This document shows positions 27,667-37,443 of a DNA stretch of 64,000 nucleotides, piece after piece; position 1 is the stretch's first letter; the number at the start of each line of letters is the position of its first letter. The stretch spans positions 98,255-162,254 of the forward strand of contig WRKW01000001.1 of NCBI GenBank assembly GCA_009777955.1, given 5' to 3'. The translations under genes and the position numbers were made by a program. Below the pieces are notes generated by a model. It saw only the letters and a list, made by a program, of their open reading frames with translations, was not told the DNA's origin and did not search any database. Source of the stretch: Alphaproteobacteria bacterium (lineage in GTDB: Bacteria; Pseudomonadota; Alphaproteobacteria; Rs-D84).

Positions 27667-27893
27667 CAATCGTGAGTACGTGAAGCTAATATTGTGTATT
27701 TTGTAGTTTTTTGTCTCTCTGGCGGGTTATTTATAAAGTTTTTCCCGCCTTGCAGGCAAAATATGACGATCTTTGATCTTCTTGCTTTGAATATAATTTT
27801 GTTGAAAATCAATGGAAATTTTGTCTATAATCAGCCAAATGACAAAGGTTCAAACGGGTTGTGTGGTATTTCTTGGAAAATTGAAAGATTGAA

Positions 27894-28625
27894 ATGAGTG
27901 CGATAAAGGTAACGAATTTAACAAAAACATTTGGTGGGCTTAGGGCGGTGGACAACCTATCAGTTACCTTTCCACGAGGGATAGCAACAGGACTTATCGG
28001 CCCGAATGGGTCGGGAAAGACAACCTTGATGAATCTTTTGACTGGGATACTGGCACCGGATTGCGGACAGATTTCTATCGGCGGTAAGCAATTTGACAAA
28101 GTCGAATCCGTTAAATTGCGTAATATGCGCATTGCCCGGACTTTTCAAGACGGACGGTTAATAAATCAAATGTCTGTTACTGACAATTTACTGCTTGCGA
28201 TTGCAAAGACCAATATCTGTTCGGGATTGTTCGAATCCGGTTCGAAAGACTATACTGTTCGACTTGAAAATGTTATGCAAAAAATCCATTTGACCGAAAA
28301 ACACGATGCAAATGCCGAAGATTTGTCTTATGGTCAGCGAAAATTATTAGAGCTTGGCCGTGCGATTATCCAAGACGCGGATATCTATTTACTGGACGAG
28401 CCTTTCACAGGACTATTCCCGAAAATGGTTGAACAAGTGGCGGGGCTTTTGACGGAACTTAAAAATAAAGGTAAAACGCTGATTATTATAGAACACAATA
28501 TAGGACTGATTCGTCGTCTGACGGACAATATTGTTGTCCTTGATCATGGACAGATGTTGGCTTGTGGTCGGCCGGAAATGGTTCTTAAAGACAAACAAGT
28601 CCAAGAAGCATATTTGGGGGTATAA
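27894..28625 (+). CDS. livG: Branched-chain amino acid ABC transporter ATP-binding protein (LivG-like)
   Basis: Walker A GPNGSGKTT, signature LSYGQRKLLELGRA, and Walker B YLLDEP. Confidence 0.8.
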   Translation: MSAIKVTNLTKTFGGLRAVDNLSVTFPRGIATGLIGPNGSGKTTLMNLLTGILAPDCGQISIGGKQFDKVESVKLRNMRIARTFQDGRLINQMSVTDNLLLAIAKTNICSGLFESGSKDYTVRLENVMQKIHLTEKHDANAEDLSYGQRKLLELGRAIIQDADIYLLDEPFTGLFPKMVEQVAGLLTELKNKGKTLIIIEHNIGLIRRLTDNIVVLDHGQMLACGRPEMVLKDKQVQEAYLGV

Positions 28626-28626
28626 A

Positions 28627-29718
28627 ATGAAAAACAAAAAATTTTGGATTATGGTTGCAGCCATAGCAATCGCAACAGTGGCATTTTTTGTGCTGTCAAG
28701 CGGGCGCAAGATGACAGATGATCGGCCGGTTGTGCGCATCGGTGCGTCTTTGCCGCTTACGGGGGATCTTGCGCCTATCGGCAATGTAATAAAAGAAAGC
28801 CTTGTGATGGCATTGTCGGAAATTCCGGTGGATTCAAAATATCGTTACAAGATTATTTTTGAAGATGATCAATATGACATGAAAAAAATCGTAACAAATG
28901 CAAATCGTCTTATCAGCATTCGGAATGTAGACGCGATGCTTTTTATGTTTGATGGTTCGAATGTTTCGGCCCCGATAGCTGAACGACGTGAAATACCTTC
29001 GCTTGGATGCACCTGGGGTGCGGATTTTTTCAAAGACTATGAATATTCTTTCAACCATTGGTCCCGACCCGAAACACAAGCGGCGGCTTTTGTCTTGCTT
29101 ATGAAAGATGAAAATATAAAGACCATTTCCATCATAGCCCAACATTCGGCAAATATAACAGAGCTTATGAAAGCGGTTGAAAAGCAAGCCAAACAAAACA
29201 ATATAAAGTTAAACCCGATTAATTATGTAAATATCGATGTGAAAGATTTCAGAATGGAAATCACAAGAATGAAAAAGCAACAGCCCGATGCCGTCATGAT
29301 AATGCTTTTGGATCCGCAAATAACAATTTTTGCAAAGCAAGCGGCAGAGCAGAATCTTAACATCAGATTTACATCCATAGACGAAATTGCGCACACGCCA
29401 AATAAAGAATTATTAGAAGGATCGATATTTGTTTCGTCTATAACGGGTGGCGATGATTTTCAGGAACGGTTCGCAAAGCATACAAATTTGTCGATGAAAT
29501 CTTGTGCATCAAATCTTTACGACTGGTTCAAAATCATTGTGGATATTTTTGAATCGTCGGATCATAGGCTGACAGGTGAAGAATTAAAAAACCGTATATA
29601 TCAAATCAAAAATTTCCCGTCCGCGATGGGAATAGAAATCAGTGTTGATAAAGATGGTATAATCGATACCCCCCTGTTTCGTGCGCGCATAAAAGACGGC
29701 AAAGTTGCAAAGGAATAA
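28627..29718 (+). CDS. Liv-type periplasmic substrate-binding protein, paralog 1
   Basis: MKNKKFWIMVAAIAIATVAF signal anchor, then VVRIGASLPLTGDLAPIGN, typical of Leu/Ile/Val-binding (Peripla_BP_6) proteins. Confidence 0.7.
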   Translation: MKNKKFWIMVAAIAIATVAFFVLSSGRKMTDDRPVVRIGASLPLTGDLAPIGNVIKESLVMALSEIPVDSKYRYKIIFEDDQYDMKKIVTNANRLISIRNVDAMLFMFDGSNVSAPIAERREIPSLGCTWGADFFKDYEYSFNHWSRPETQAAAFVLLMKDENIKTISIIAQHSANITELMKAVEKQAKQNNIKLNPINYVNIDVKDFRMEITRMKKQQPDAVMIMLLDPQITIFAKQAAEQNLNIRFTSIDEIAHTPNKELLEGSIFVSSITGGDDFQERFAKHTNLSMKSCASNLYDWFKIIVDIFESSDHRLTGEELKNRIYQIKNFPSAMGIEISVDKDGIIDTPLFRARIKDGKVAKE

Positions 29719-29721
29719 CGT

Positions 29722-30846
29722 ATGAAAAACAAAAATATTTGGATTTTCGCAGGAATTATGGCAATTCTGGTAATCGCGGTATTTGCACTGTCCAGTGGCC
29801 ACCGATCTGCCGACAACAGGCCGGTTGTACGTATCGGTGTATCCCTGCCACTGACCGGGAATAATGCTTTTATTGGCGTACCCGTGCGCGAAGCGGCGAA
29901 AATGGCTTTGGAAGACTGGCAAAAAAAAGATACCAGATTCAGATACGAACTGATTTTTGAAGATGACGGTTTTGACCAAAAAAAGGTCGCAATGATTGGT
30001 AACAAGTTCATAAATATAGATAAAGTAAATGCGATCATGGGTATCTGGACATTGACTTTACATCAATTTCGGGAATTGGCGCACAAACACGATATCCCGT
30101 TTTTCGCCTGTGGTTGGGGACATGATTCTTCCGATGGGGAATTAGTATTTAATAACCAGACCCCACTGAGTGAAACATCGCGGGTATTTGCAGATATAAT
30201 AAAAAACAAATATAGGGCAAAAAATACCGTCCTTGTCGGAATGATTTCGGGCGGTGATTTTGCAATGCACGATTATATAGAAGCAGAATTTAAAAAAAAT
30301 AACATAAATATTATACTTAGAGAAACTGTGCAGTACGGAACCACCGATTACGGAATAATGATCCAAAAAATCAAACAAAAGAAACCCGAAGTAATTATTG
30401 CTGTCATGCCTCCTTATGAACTTTCTATATTTACAAAACGCCTGAAAGAAACAGGTTTGGATATTCCGATTACAAATGTGGCGGATTATTTTGAATTTGC
30501 GCCAAATAAAGAAGTTTATGACGGCATGTACGTTGTAATTTCGTCTAATGGAACGGATGACTTTAAGAAAAGGTTCACAGAAAGAACAAAAAAACCGTTT
30601 CCCAGTTATGATTGTGTGGCACCGGGATATGATAATATAAGCATATTGATCCATGCTTTTGAAAATGCGGATGCAGAACCGGGACAGATTCCGACAACAG
30701 AGAAAGTCGTGAAACAGATTCACGGAATAAAAAATTGGAATGGCGCGACAATGGAAAATATGCACGTTCAGCCGGATGGTCAGATATTTTCCCCGGCATA
30801 TATTGGCATTATGAAGAACGGTAAAGCAGAAATAATAAAGGAATAA
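29722..30846 (+). CDS. Liv-type periplasmic substrate-binding protein, paralog 2
   Basis: MKNKNIWIFAGIMAILVIAV…VVRIGVSLPLTGNNAFIGV. Same architecture as paralog 1. Confidence 0.7.
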   Translation: MKNKNIWIFAGIMAILVIAVFALSSGHRSADNRPVVRIGVSLPLTGNNAFIGVPVREAAKMALEDWQKKDTRFRYELIFEDDGFDQKKVAMIGNKFINIDKVNAIMGIWTLTLHQFRELAHKHDIPFFACGWGHDSSDGELVFNNQTPLSETSRVFADIIKNKYRAKNTVLVGMISGGDFAMHDYIEAEFKKNNINIILRETVQYGTTDYGIMIQKIKQKKPEVIIAVMPPYELSIFTKRLKETGLDIPITNVADYFEFAPNKEVYDGMYVVISSNGTDDFKKRFTERTKKPFPSYDCVAPGYDNISILIHAFENADAEPGQIPTTEKVVKQIHGIKNWNGATMENMHVQPDGQIFSPAYIGIMKNGKAEIIKE

Positions 30847-30849
30847 ATC

Positions 30850-31932
30850 GTGATAAGAAAAATTTGGATTATGGTTTTATTTGCAGTCATTGCGGCTGCA
30901 TTGGTTTGTTTTCTTATTCAGGGTCGAAATATGGACACGGGAAAGCCGGTGGTTAAAATCGGATTGGTGCTTCCGCTAACTGGAAATTCGGCGCACCTTG
31001 GCCAAGCGATCAAGGGTGCTGCCGAGGTCGCAGTGGCGCATGCGAACAGAAATTCCGATAACCGGTATGATTATAAAATTGTTGCTGAAGATAGTATGTT
31101 ACAAATGCCGATAGCTACCAGGGTAACAAGCAAAATGATTTCGACCGACCATATTGATGCCTTGATCAGTTTTTCGGCCGAAGTTGTAAACGTTGTATCT
31201 TCAATTGCCGAAAAAAATAAAATTATACATTTTGGCATTTCTGTAGATAAATCTGGCGCGACCGGAAAATATAATTTCATAAACTGGACCATGCCGGAAT
31301 CCAGTACTGCCAAAATGACCGAACAAATCAAGGCCAAAGGATTTAAAAATGTTGCGGTTGTTTCGTTTAATCAGTCCGGCGCGCTGGCAAATTCCGAAAT
31401 GCTGGACAAGAAACTGCGCGCAGTCGGAATTAAAAGTACACTCTATCGTTTTAATGGTGATATCCGCAATTTCAAAACAGATATACAAAAAATGCAGGAC
31501 GCAAAAACTGAACTATATGTTTTGCGTCTATTTGATCCGCAAATGAGCATTTTCATAAAGCAACTGCGTGAAACGGGCGACAAATCCACTATATCAAGTA
31601 TAGAAATGTTTAACGCCATTGCCGATCCAAGTATAATTGAGAGTCTGTGGTTTGTGGATACAGCAACGGCAGAAAACGACATAACCCGTGAAATTATGAA
31701 ATACAACAAATCCGAAGTGACATGGGGGCTGGGTCAGGTTTATGACAATGTTATGATGATTGTTCGCGCTTTTGAAATTGCGCCGGATAAAGTGGGTGCA
31801 ATCGATGTCTTGATTGACACCAAAGAATTTGATGGAACAGTCGGACGTTTAAAACAGGACAAAGATGGTATTTTCCATTCGGTCGCTACAATCAAAAGAA
31901 TTGAAAACGGAAAACAAGTAATTGTGAAATAA
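30850..31932 (+). CDS. Liv-type periplasmic substrate-binding protein, paralog 3
   Basis: GTG start. IRKIWIMVLFAVIAAALV…VVKIGLVLPLTGNSAHLGQ. Confidence 0.65.
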   Translation: MIRKIWIMVLFAVIAAALVCFLIQGRNMDTGKPVVKIGLVLPLTGNSAHLGQAIKGAAEVAVAHANRNSDNRYDYKIVAEDSMLQMPIATRVTSKMISTDHIDALISFSAEVVNVVSSIAEKNKIIHFGISVDKSGATGKYNFINWTMPESSTAKMTEQIKAKGFKNVAVVSFNQSGALANSEMLDKKLRAVGIKSTLYRFNGDIRNFKTDIQKMQDAKTELYVLRLFDPQMSIFIKQLRETGDKSTISSIEMFNAIADPSIIESLWFVDTATAENDITREIMKYNKSEVTWGLGQVYDNVMMIVRAFEIAPDKVGAIDVLIDTKEFDGTVGRLKQDKDGIFHSVATIKRIENGKQVIVK

Positions 31933-32798
31933 TGCTTTATCAACTGCTTCTTAACACTTTGATTATTGGTTCTGGATACGCATTGGTCGCGATGGCGTTC
32001 CGGTTGATGTATTGGGTATCGCCATTCTTTAACTTGACACTTGGTGCATCAGTTGCACTTGGCGCGTATCTTGGATTTTCGCTGGTTCCGTTATTTGGCA
32101 TTGCGGCATGGCCAATTGTTGCAATATTGGTCGCGTTGTTCACCTGGGCATTAGAGAAATTTATTTACAAACCCGTCCGTGGGTTGGGTGCATCACCGAT
32201 AGTTCTTCTTGTTGTGTCATTGGGGGTTTATACAATATTCGAATCTATAATACATTTGATATACGGTCCGCAATATCAAACGCTGGGATCTGCAACCGAT
32301 TTTTCAACCATCTCAGGAATTCCAAGTGCACAGGCCGCTACTGTCATTTTTGGTGTTATAGTTTTTGTCGGAGTGTCCCTATTGCTACGATATACATTTT
32401 TTGGAAAACAAATTCGTGCTATACAAGATAATCCGGCATTGGCCAATCTTGTCGGTTTGGATGTTCCGCGGATTGTAATGATCGTATCTGTTTTGGCTGG
32501 CGGTATCTTGGGTGCTTATGGCCTTATGGTTGGTTATGATACTGGCATGGAACCTACTATGGGATTCAATATCTTATTCAAAGGAATGATAGCGGCGATT
32601 ATCGGCGGTGCCAGCATGTCCGGTGCATATTTTGGCGCGATGATACTATCCGGCGCAGAAAATCTTGGTGTTTGGGTATTCGCTTCGCAATGGCGTGATG
32701 TAGTAGCGTTTGTTATCTTTATTGTGCTGCTTTGGTTGCGACCAAATGGAATATTCGCTCACAAGCCCAGGGCAACAAAGTGCAAGGCAAAATCATGA
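31932..32798 (+). CDS. livH: Branched-chain amino acid ABC transporter permease (LivH-like)
   Basis: 288-aa polytopic protein with the LivH-type pattern …GYDTGMEPTMGFNILFKGMIAAIIGG…. Confidence 0.8.
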   Translation: MLYQLLLNTLIIGSGYALVAMAFRLMYWVSPFFNLTLGASVALGAYLGFSLVPLFGIAAWPIVAILVALFTWALEKFIYKPVRGLGASPIVLLVVSLGVYTIFESIIHLIYGPQYQTLGSATDFSTISGIPSAQAATVIFGVIVFVGVSLLLRYTFFGKQIRAIQDNPALANLVGLDVPRIVMIVSVLAGGILGAYGLMVGYDTGMEPTMGFNILFKGMIAAIIGGASMSGAYFGAMILSGAENLGVWVFASQWRDVVAFVIFIVLLWLRPNGIFAHKPRATKCKAKS

Positions 32799-33892
32799 AT
32801 AAAAAATTATGGATTACTATTGGATTGATCATATTGACCGTTATCGCTATTTTGGTATATTCGGGCAAACGTGAAATTATGGATTCGCGTCCTGTTGTAA
32901 AAATTGGTGTGATTCTGCCATTGACCGGCAATAATCAGGAAGTTGGAAATAATGTGAAAAATGTCATACAACTGTATGTGAAAGAAAATCAAAAAAATTA
33001 TAAAATCCGGTATGACATTATTATAGAAGATGATGCATTTCGAACAGCAAATGTAGCAACATTAGCCCATAAATTGGTAAATGTGGACAGGGTCGACGGT
33101 CTTGTGACAATTTTGGCCTATGCTGGTATTGTCGCATCAACAGTTACGGATAAAGCCGGTGTCCCACATATTAATATCGCATCCGCCATCGAGGCCGCCG
33201 ACGGAAAATACAGTTTTGTAAATTATACTCCACTTCCCGCAATTCAGGAAAGATTTTCTGAATTGTTTAAAAGAAAAGGTATTAAAAAACTGGCTATTAT
33301 AAACATGGATCATGTTGGGCCAATGCTGTATAACAAACATCTGAAAGACGCTATCAGCGAAAATAAAATTTCATATGAAGAGCATTTCTTCAAACCCGAA
33401 GAAAGAGATTTTAGAATGCTGATACAGAAAATCAAAGAAAACAAGCCTGATATCATAATAGTGATGGCATTGCCGCCAAGTTTGGATGTACTTGGCAAAC
33501 AAATAAAAGAGCTTGGCATTGATATCGAACTTACATCTGTTGCTTTTTTCAGCATGTCCAATAATAAAGAATTATTCGAAGGATTTATTTATGTTGATGG
33601 TCCAGATGGAAGCCCGGAATTTATAAAAAAAATTAACCGGGAACTTAAAACAGATAATCTTTACCTTCTTGCATTCGCACACGATACCATAAAGATTTAC
33701 ATGGATAGCATAGATTCGTTTTATATAGAAAATGATCGTCTGCCCACACGCGAAGAAATTGCCGAAATGCTGCGGAATTTAAAAGATTTCAAAGGAGAGG
33801 GGGGGGTATATAGCATGGGCAAGGACGGTTCAACTCAATCAGAAGCTATATTCAAGAAAATCATAAATGGCAGGCCGGAGATTGTAAAATGA
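32795..33892 (+). CDS. Liv-type periplasmic substrate-binding protein, paralog 4
   Basis: MNKKLWITIGLIILTVIAIL…VVKIGVILPLTGNNQEVGN. Start chosen at 32795, overlapping the livH stop. Confidence 0.7.
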   Translation: MNKKLWITIGLIILTVIAILVYSGKREIMDSRPVVKIGVILPLTGNNQEVGNNVKNVIQLYVKENQKNYKIRYDIIIEDDAFRTANVATLAHKLVNVDRVDGLVTILAYAGIVASTVTDKAGVPHINIASAIEAADGKYSFVNYTPLPAIQERFSELFKRKGIKKLAIINMDHVGPMLYNKHLKDAISENKISYEEHFFKPEERDFRMLIQKIKENKPDIIIVMALPPSLDVLGKQIKELGIDIELTSVAFFSMSNNKELFEGFIYVDGPDGSPEFIKKINRELKTDNLYLLAFAHDTIKIYMDSIDSFYIENDRLPTREEIAEMLRNLKDFKGEGGVYSMGKDGSTQSEAIFKKIINGRPEIVK

Positions 33893-34992
33893 AAAACAAA
33901 AAACTTTTAATTATCGGTGGAATTATTGTCACGGTGGCGATCACGATATTCGCATTTCAAAGTCGGCGTGAGATTGCCAGCGATAAACCGGTAATAAAAA
34001 TCGGTGTTATCGCACCACTTACCGGTGATAATGCCAATGTGGGTCAGAACTGCAAAAGGGGAATAGAGTTTGCAATCGCAAACCTGTCAAATTCGTCTGT
34101 GCGATACAAAATGATTTTAGAGGATAGCAGATTTCAATCTTCGACAGCAGTATCTGCCGCACATAAACTTATATCCAAAGATAATGTTGATATTTTATTT
34201 GCTTGTGAATCTCCATCTGGCAGTGCGGTCGCACCAATCGCTGACAAGGCCGGGAAACTTATGATGACTATATTCGCCAGCGCACAGGAAGTTGCAGTTG
34301 GATACAAGCATTCGTTCCTTCATTGGACATCACCAAATGCTGAAATGGCAAAAGCTGTGGAATTATTTAATAAGAATAAAGTCAAAAAATTGTTGATATT
34401 TGAACAGAATCATTCTGGCACAAAGGCACTTGGCGACGCTTTGCGTGAAGAACTGGCCGGAACAAAAATAGAATACAAAACTTCCATAATAATGTCTGAT
34501 GAACGTAATTTTGGCGACATCGTTGCAAAGGCACAGGCTGAAAAAGCGGACGGATATATGATTATTGTTTTACCGCCCCCGGTAAATATGCTTATAAAAA
34601 AGTTAAATGAAGTGGGCGATACGACGAAGCGTTATAGCGTAGAGGTTCCTGCCCTTGTAGAAGACAAGTCCATATTTGAAGGTGTGGAATTTGCAGATGT
34701 TTATGAAGGCACACCTGAAATCCTTGACGCATACCGCACAAAATACAAAACTGATAATGTATATGGCGTTGCTTTTGCATTTGACGGCATGATGATGATA
34801 GATAAAGTGATAAGCGATTGGTATCGTGTGTACGGCACTTTACCAACTGGAACAGAAATTTCGGAATCGCTGTTAAAGCTGGAAAACTGGAATGGCGCGG
34901 TTGGTTCGGTAAAGATTGATAACGAGGGTCGCATTCATTCCAAAGCGGTTATAAAGGTAATCAAAAATGGCAAACCAGAGATTGTAAAATAA
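33889..34992 (+). CDS. Liv-type periplasmic substrate-binding protein, paralog 5
   Basis: MKNKKLLIIGGIIVTVAITIF…VIKIGVIAPLTGDNANVGQ. Confidence 0.7.
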   Translation: MKNKKLLIIGGIIVTVAITIFAFQSRREIASDKPVIKIGVIAPLTGDNANVGQNCKRGIEFAIANLSNSSVRYKMILEDSRFQSSTAVSAAHKLISKDNVDILFACESPSGSAVAPIADKAGKLMMTIFASAQEVAVGYKHSFLHWTSPNAEMAKAVELFNKNKVKKLLIFEQNHSGTKALGDALREELAGTKIEYKTSIIMSDERNFGDIVAKAQAEKADGYMIIVLPPPVNMLIKKLNEVGDTTKRYSVEVPALVEDKSIFEGVEFADVYEGTPEILDAYRTKYKTDNVYGVAFAFDGMMMIDKVISDWYRVYGTLPTGTEISESLLKLENWNGAVGSVKIDNEGRIHSKAVIKVIKNGKPEIVK

Positions 34993-34993
34993 C

Positions 34994-35860
34994 ATGGAAT
35001 ACTTACTGAATCTTGGTATTTTATTTTGTATTTACGGCATTCTTGCACTGTCGTTAAATCTTACCGTCGGTATGGCTGGGTTATTATCGCTGGCTCATGC
35101 CGCATTCTATGGAATTGGTGCTTATGCGGCTGCATTGGGTATGACTGCCCTTGGTATGAATTTTTTTGTTTCACTTGCGTTGGGTGCGGTTATAAATATC
35201 AGTGCGGCGGGCATAGTTGGTAAAATCTTGTCGCGTTGGAAGGGCGATTACTATGCCATTGTTTCTGCTGGACTTTCAATTATCGTGTTTTCCATACTTT
35301 TGAACTGGAAAGGACTTACTCGCGGGCCGCTTGGTATTTTTGGTATTCCAAAGCCTGTGATATTCGGATACGCCATTGAATCAAACACCGTTTTTTTGGT
35401 TTTATGCCTGATTGTGTTAGCAATTGTGTTTGTCTTGTATCAATGGCTTGATCACAGCACTTTCGGTCGTGCCGCCAAGGCAGTTCGCGAAGACGAACAG
35501 TTGGCAAGCGTATTGGGCTATAATCCGCCGCGAATAAAATCCATATTGCTTTGCCTATCCGCCATTATTGCCGGTGTTGCGGGTGGCTTGTTCGCCAGTT
35601 ATATCGCATTTATTGACCCATCTACGTTCCATATAAAGGAAGGAATATTTCTTTTTACAATCATAATCATAGGTGGATTGGCCAGCAGTCGGGGCAGCGT
35701 TCTTGGTGCGCTTGTACTGTTATCACTGCCCGAAGTCTTGCGTTTTATCGGTTTGCCCTATGAAATCGCCGCACAGATGCAGCAAATCATATACGGTGCT
35801 GCCTTGGTGCTGATGATGGTGTTCAAGCCCAAAGGTTTTCTTGGAAAATACAGGATATGA
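34994..35860 (+). CDS. livM: Branched-chain amino acid ABC transporter permease (LivM-like)
   Basis: 288-aa polytopic protein with …LSLAHAAFYGIGAYAAA… typical of LivM. Confidence 0.8.
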   Translation: MEYLLNLGILFCIYGILALSLNLTVGMAGLLSLAHAAFYGIGAYAAALGMTALGMNFFVSLALGAVINISAAGIVGKILSRWKGDYYAIVSAGLSIIVFSILLNWKGLTRGPLGIFGIPKPVIFGYAIESNTVFLVLCLIVLAIVFVLYQWLDHSTFGRAAKAVREDEQLASVLGYNPPRIKSILLCLSAIIAGVAGGLFASYIAFIDPSTFHIKEGIFLFTIIIIGGLASSRGSVLGALVLLSLPEVLRFIGLPYEIAAQMQQIIYGAALVLMMVFKPKGFLGKYRI

Positions 35861-36561
35861 ACGTAATGTTGGAACTGAAAAACATTATTACAGGATATGG
35901 TGACAAGATCGTATTAAACGATATTACGACGGCGATAGATCCTTTGCGCATTACTGTCGTAATGGGGCCGAATGGTTGTGGCAAGACTACTATGCTGAAA
36001 ACCATTATGGGTTTGTTGCGCCCCATGTCCGGTGATATTATATATGGCGGTGCAAACATATCACCTAATCCGCAGACTTGGATAAAGCATGGTGTATTTA
36101 TGATTGGACAGGGTGGACGAGTATTTTCAAAAATGACTGTTCGCGAAAACATCGAAATCGCCTGTCATCATTGGGATAATCGCGGCGAATTTCCAGCACG
36201 CTTGAATGAAGTTATCCAACATTTTCCAGACTTGTACGAACGATTGGACGATGCGGCGGGAAATCTTTCCGGCGGCCAACAGCAAATGGTCGCACTGGCG
36301 CGCGGTCTTGTAAACCGTCCGCGTCTGCTTTTGCTTGATGAACCATCAATAGGCCTTGCGCCAAAGCTTATAAGCGATACTTTCGGTAAACTGCATGATA
36401 TAAATAAAAAGACTGGCACGGGATTTATTATTATCGAACATAATCTTAAAACTCTTTTGCCTTTGACCGACCGTGCAATAATATTGGCACAGGGCAAAAT
36501 CGCCTATGATGGCGCATCTGATGATACGACCCTGCAAAGCATGATCGATAAGATTTTCTAG
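35857..36561 (+). CDS. livF: Branched-chain amino acid ABC transporter ATP-binding protein (LivF-like)
   Basis: Walker A GPNGCGKTT, LSGGQQQMVALAR, and LLLDEPS. Confidence 0.8.
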   Translation: MNVMLELKNIITGYGDKIVLNDITTAIDPLRITVVMGPNGCGKTTMLKTIMGLLRPMSGDIIYGGANISPNPQTWIKHGVFMIGQGGRVFSKMTVRENIEIACHHWDNRGEFPARLNEVIQHFPDLYERLDDAAGNLSGGQQQMVALARGLVNRPRLLLLDEPSIGLAPKLISDTFGKLHDINKKTGTGFIIIEHNLKTLLPLTDRAIILAQGKIAYDGASDDTTLQSMIDKIF

Positions 36562-36627
36562 GATTAATTTACACAATATTTCCATCATAATTTTTTTTCT
36601 TGACCGAATCGTCGGAATGTTATTAGT

Positions 36628-37032
36628 ATGCGGAAAGCTATAAATGGAGTAGCCATTATGATTATCGGTATTGGTATAGACTTAGTAGAATGCGGGCGGT
36701 TTCTGGACTGGTCGGCGTTCAAAAAACAACGCATATTTACAAAAAAAGAATTGGAATATGCAGAAAATTATAACGCTAATTCCGAACGGCATCTTGCAAA
36801 CTTTTGGGCGGCAAGGGAAGCTTTTCTAAAAGCACTGGGCACGGGGTTCGGTGACGATATCGGATTTTCTGATGTGTCGGTAACTCATAATGACGCTGGG
36901 CGACCAGAATTAATCCTTACCGGTGGGGCAAAAGCCGCATTGAAAGCGATCGCCCCGGATGCAAAAACTTTCATATCTATTACAGACCAGGGCGACTATT
37001 GCGTCGCAGTAGTGGTAATAGAAAGCCAGTAA
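36628..37032 (+). CDS. acpS: Holo-[acyl-carrier-protein] synthase
   Basis: GIGIDLVECGRF…FAAREAFLKALGTG matches the AcpS 4'-phosphopantetheinyl transferase signature. The likely true start is MIIGIGID at 36658. Confidence 0.7.
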   Translation: MRKAINGVAIMIIGIGIDLVECGRFLDWSAFKKQRIFTKKELEYAENYNANSERHLANFWAAREAFLKALGTGFGDDIGFSDVSVTHNDAGRPELILTGGAKAALKAIAPDAKTFISITDQGDYCVAVVVIESQ

Positions 37033-37443
37033 GTGAAGTAAAAAGATGTATCGGGTCATGACTTTAAAATATCAGGCATACAGATGTTATCTCTTTTTCT
37101 CGTCTTTGTAATTGGGGTATATATTGGACTGACCCCAAATAAAATTATCAATAAAAAAGATAGCAAAATACATTCTATTTAAATATAAGTTATTAACTTT
37201 ACAATATTCCAAAAAATTTTCAAAAGTGTTCTAAAAAGATACATTCCTGTGTAAATTAAAAATGGTAAAGAGTTTGGGAATATGTTTATTAGAATAAAGT
37301 ATTGGTATAATACATTGGTAAGATAATAGATGCGCTTGTACTCTTCAAAGCAATTATATTTTGATCTGATTTAATGAATCCTGAATCTAACGTAGCAACT
37401 ATGAAACTTTGTATCGGTATGAGCTTTCTATTCAGACTATCTC

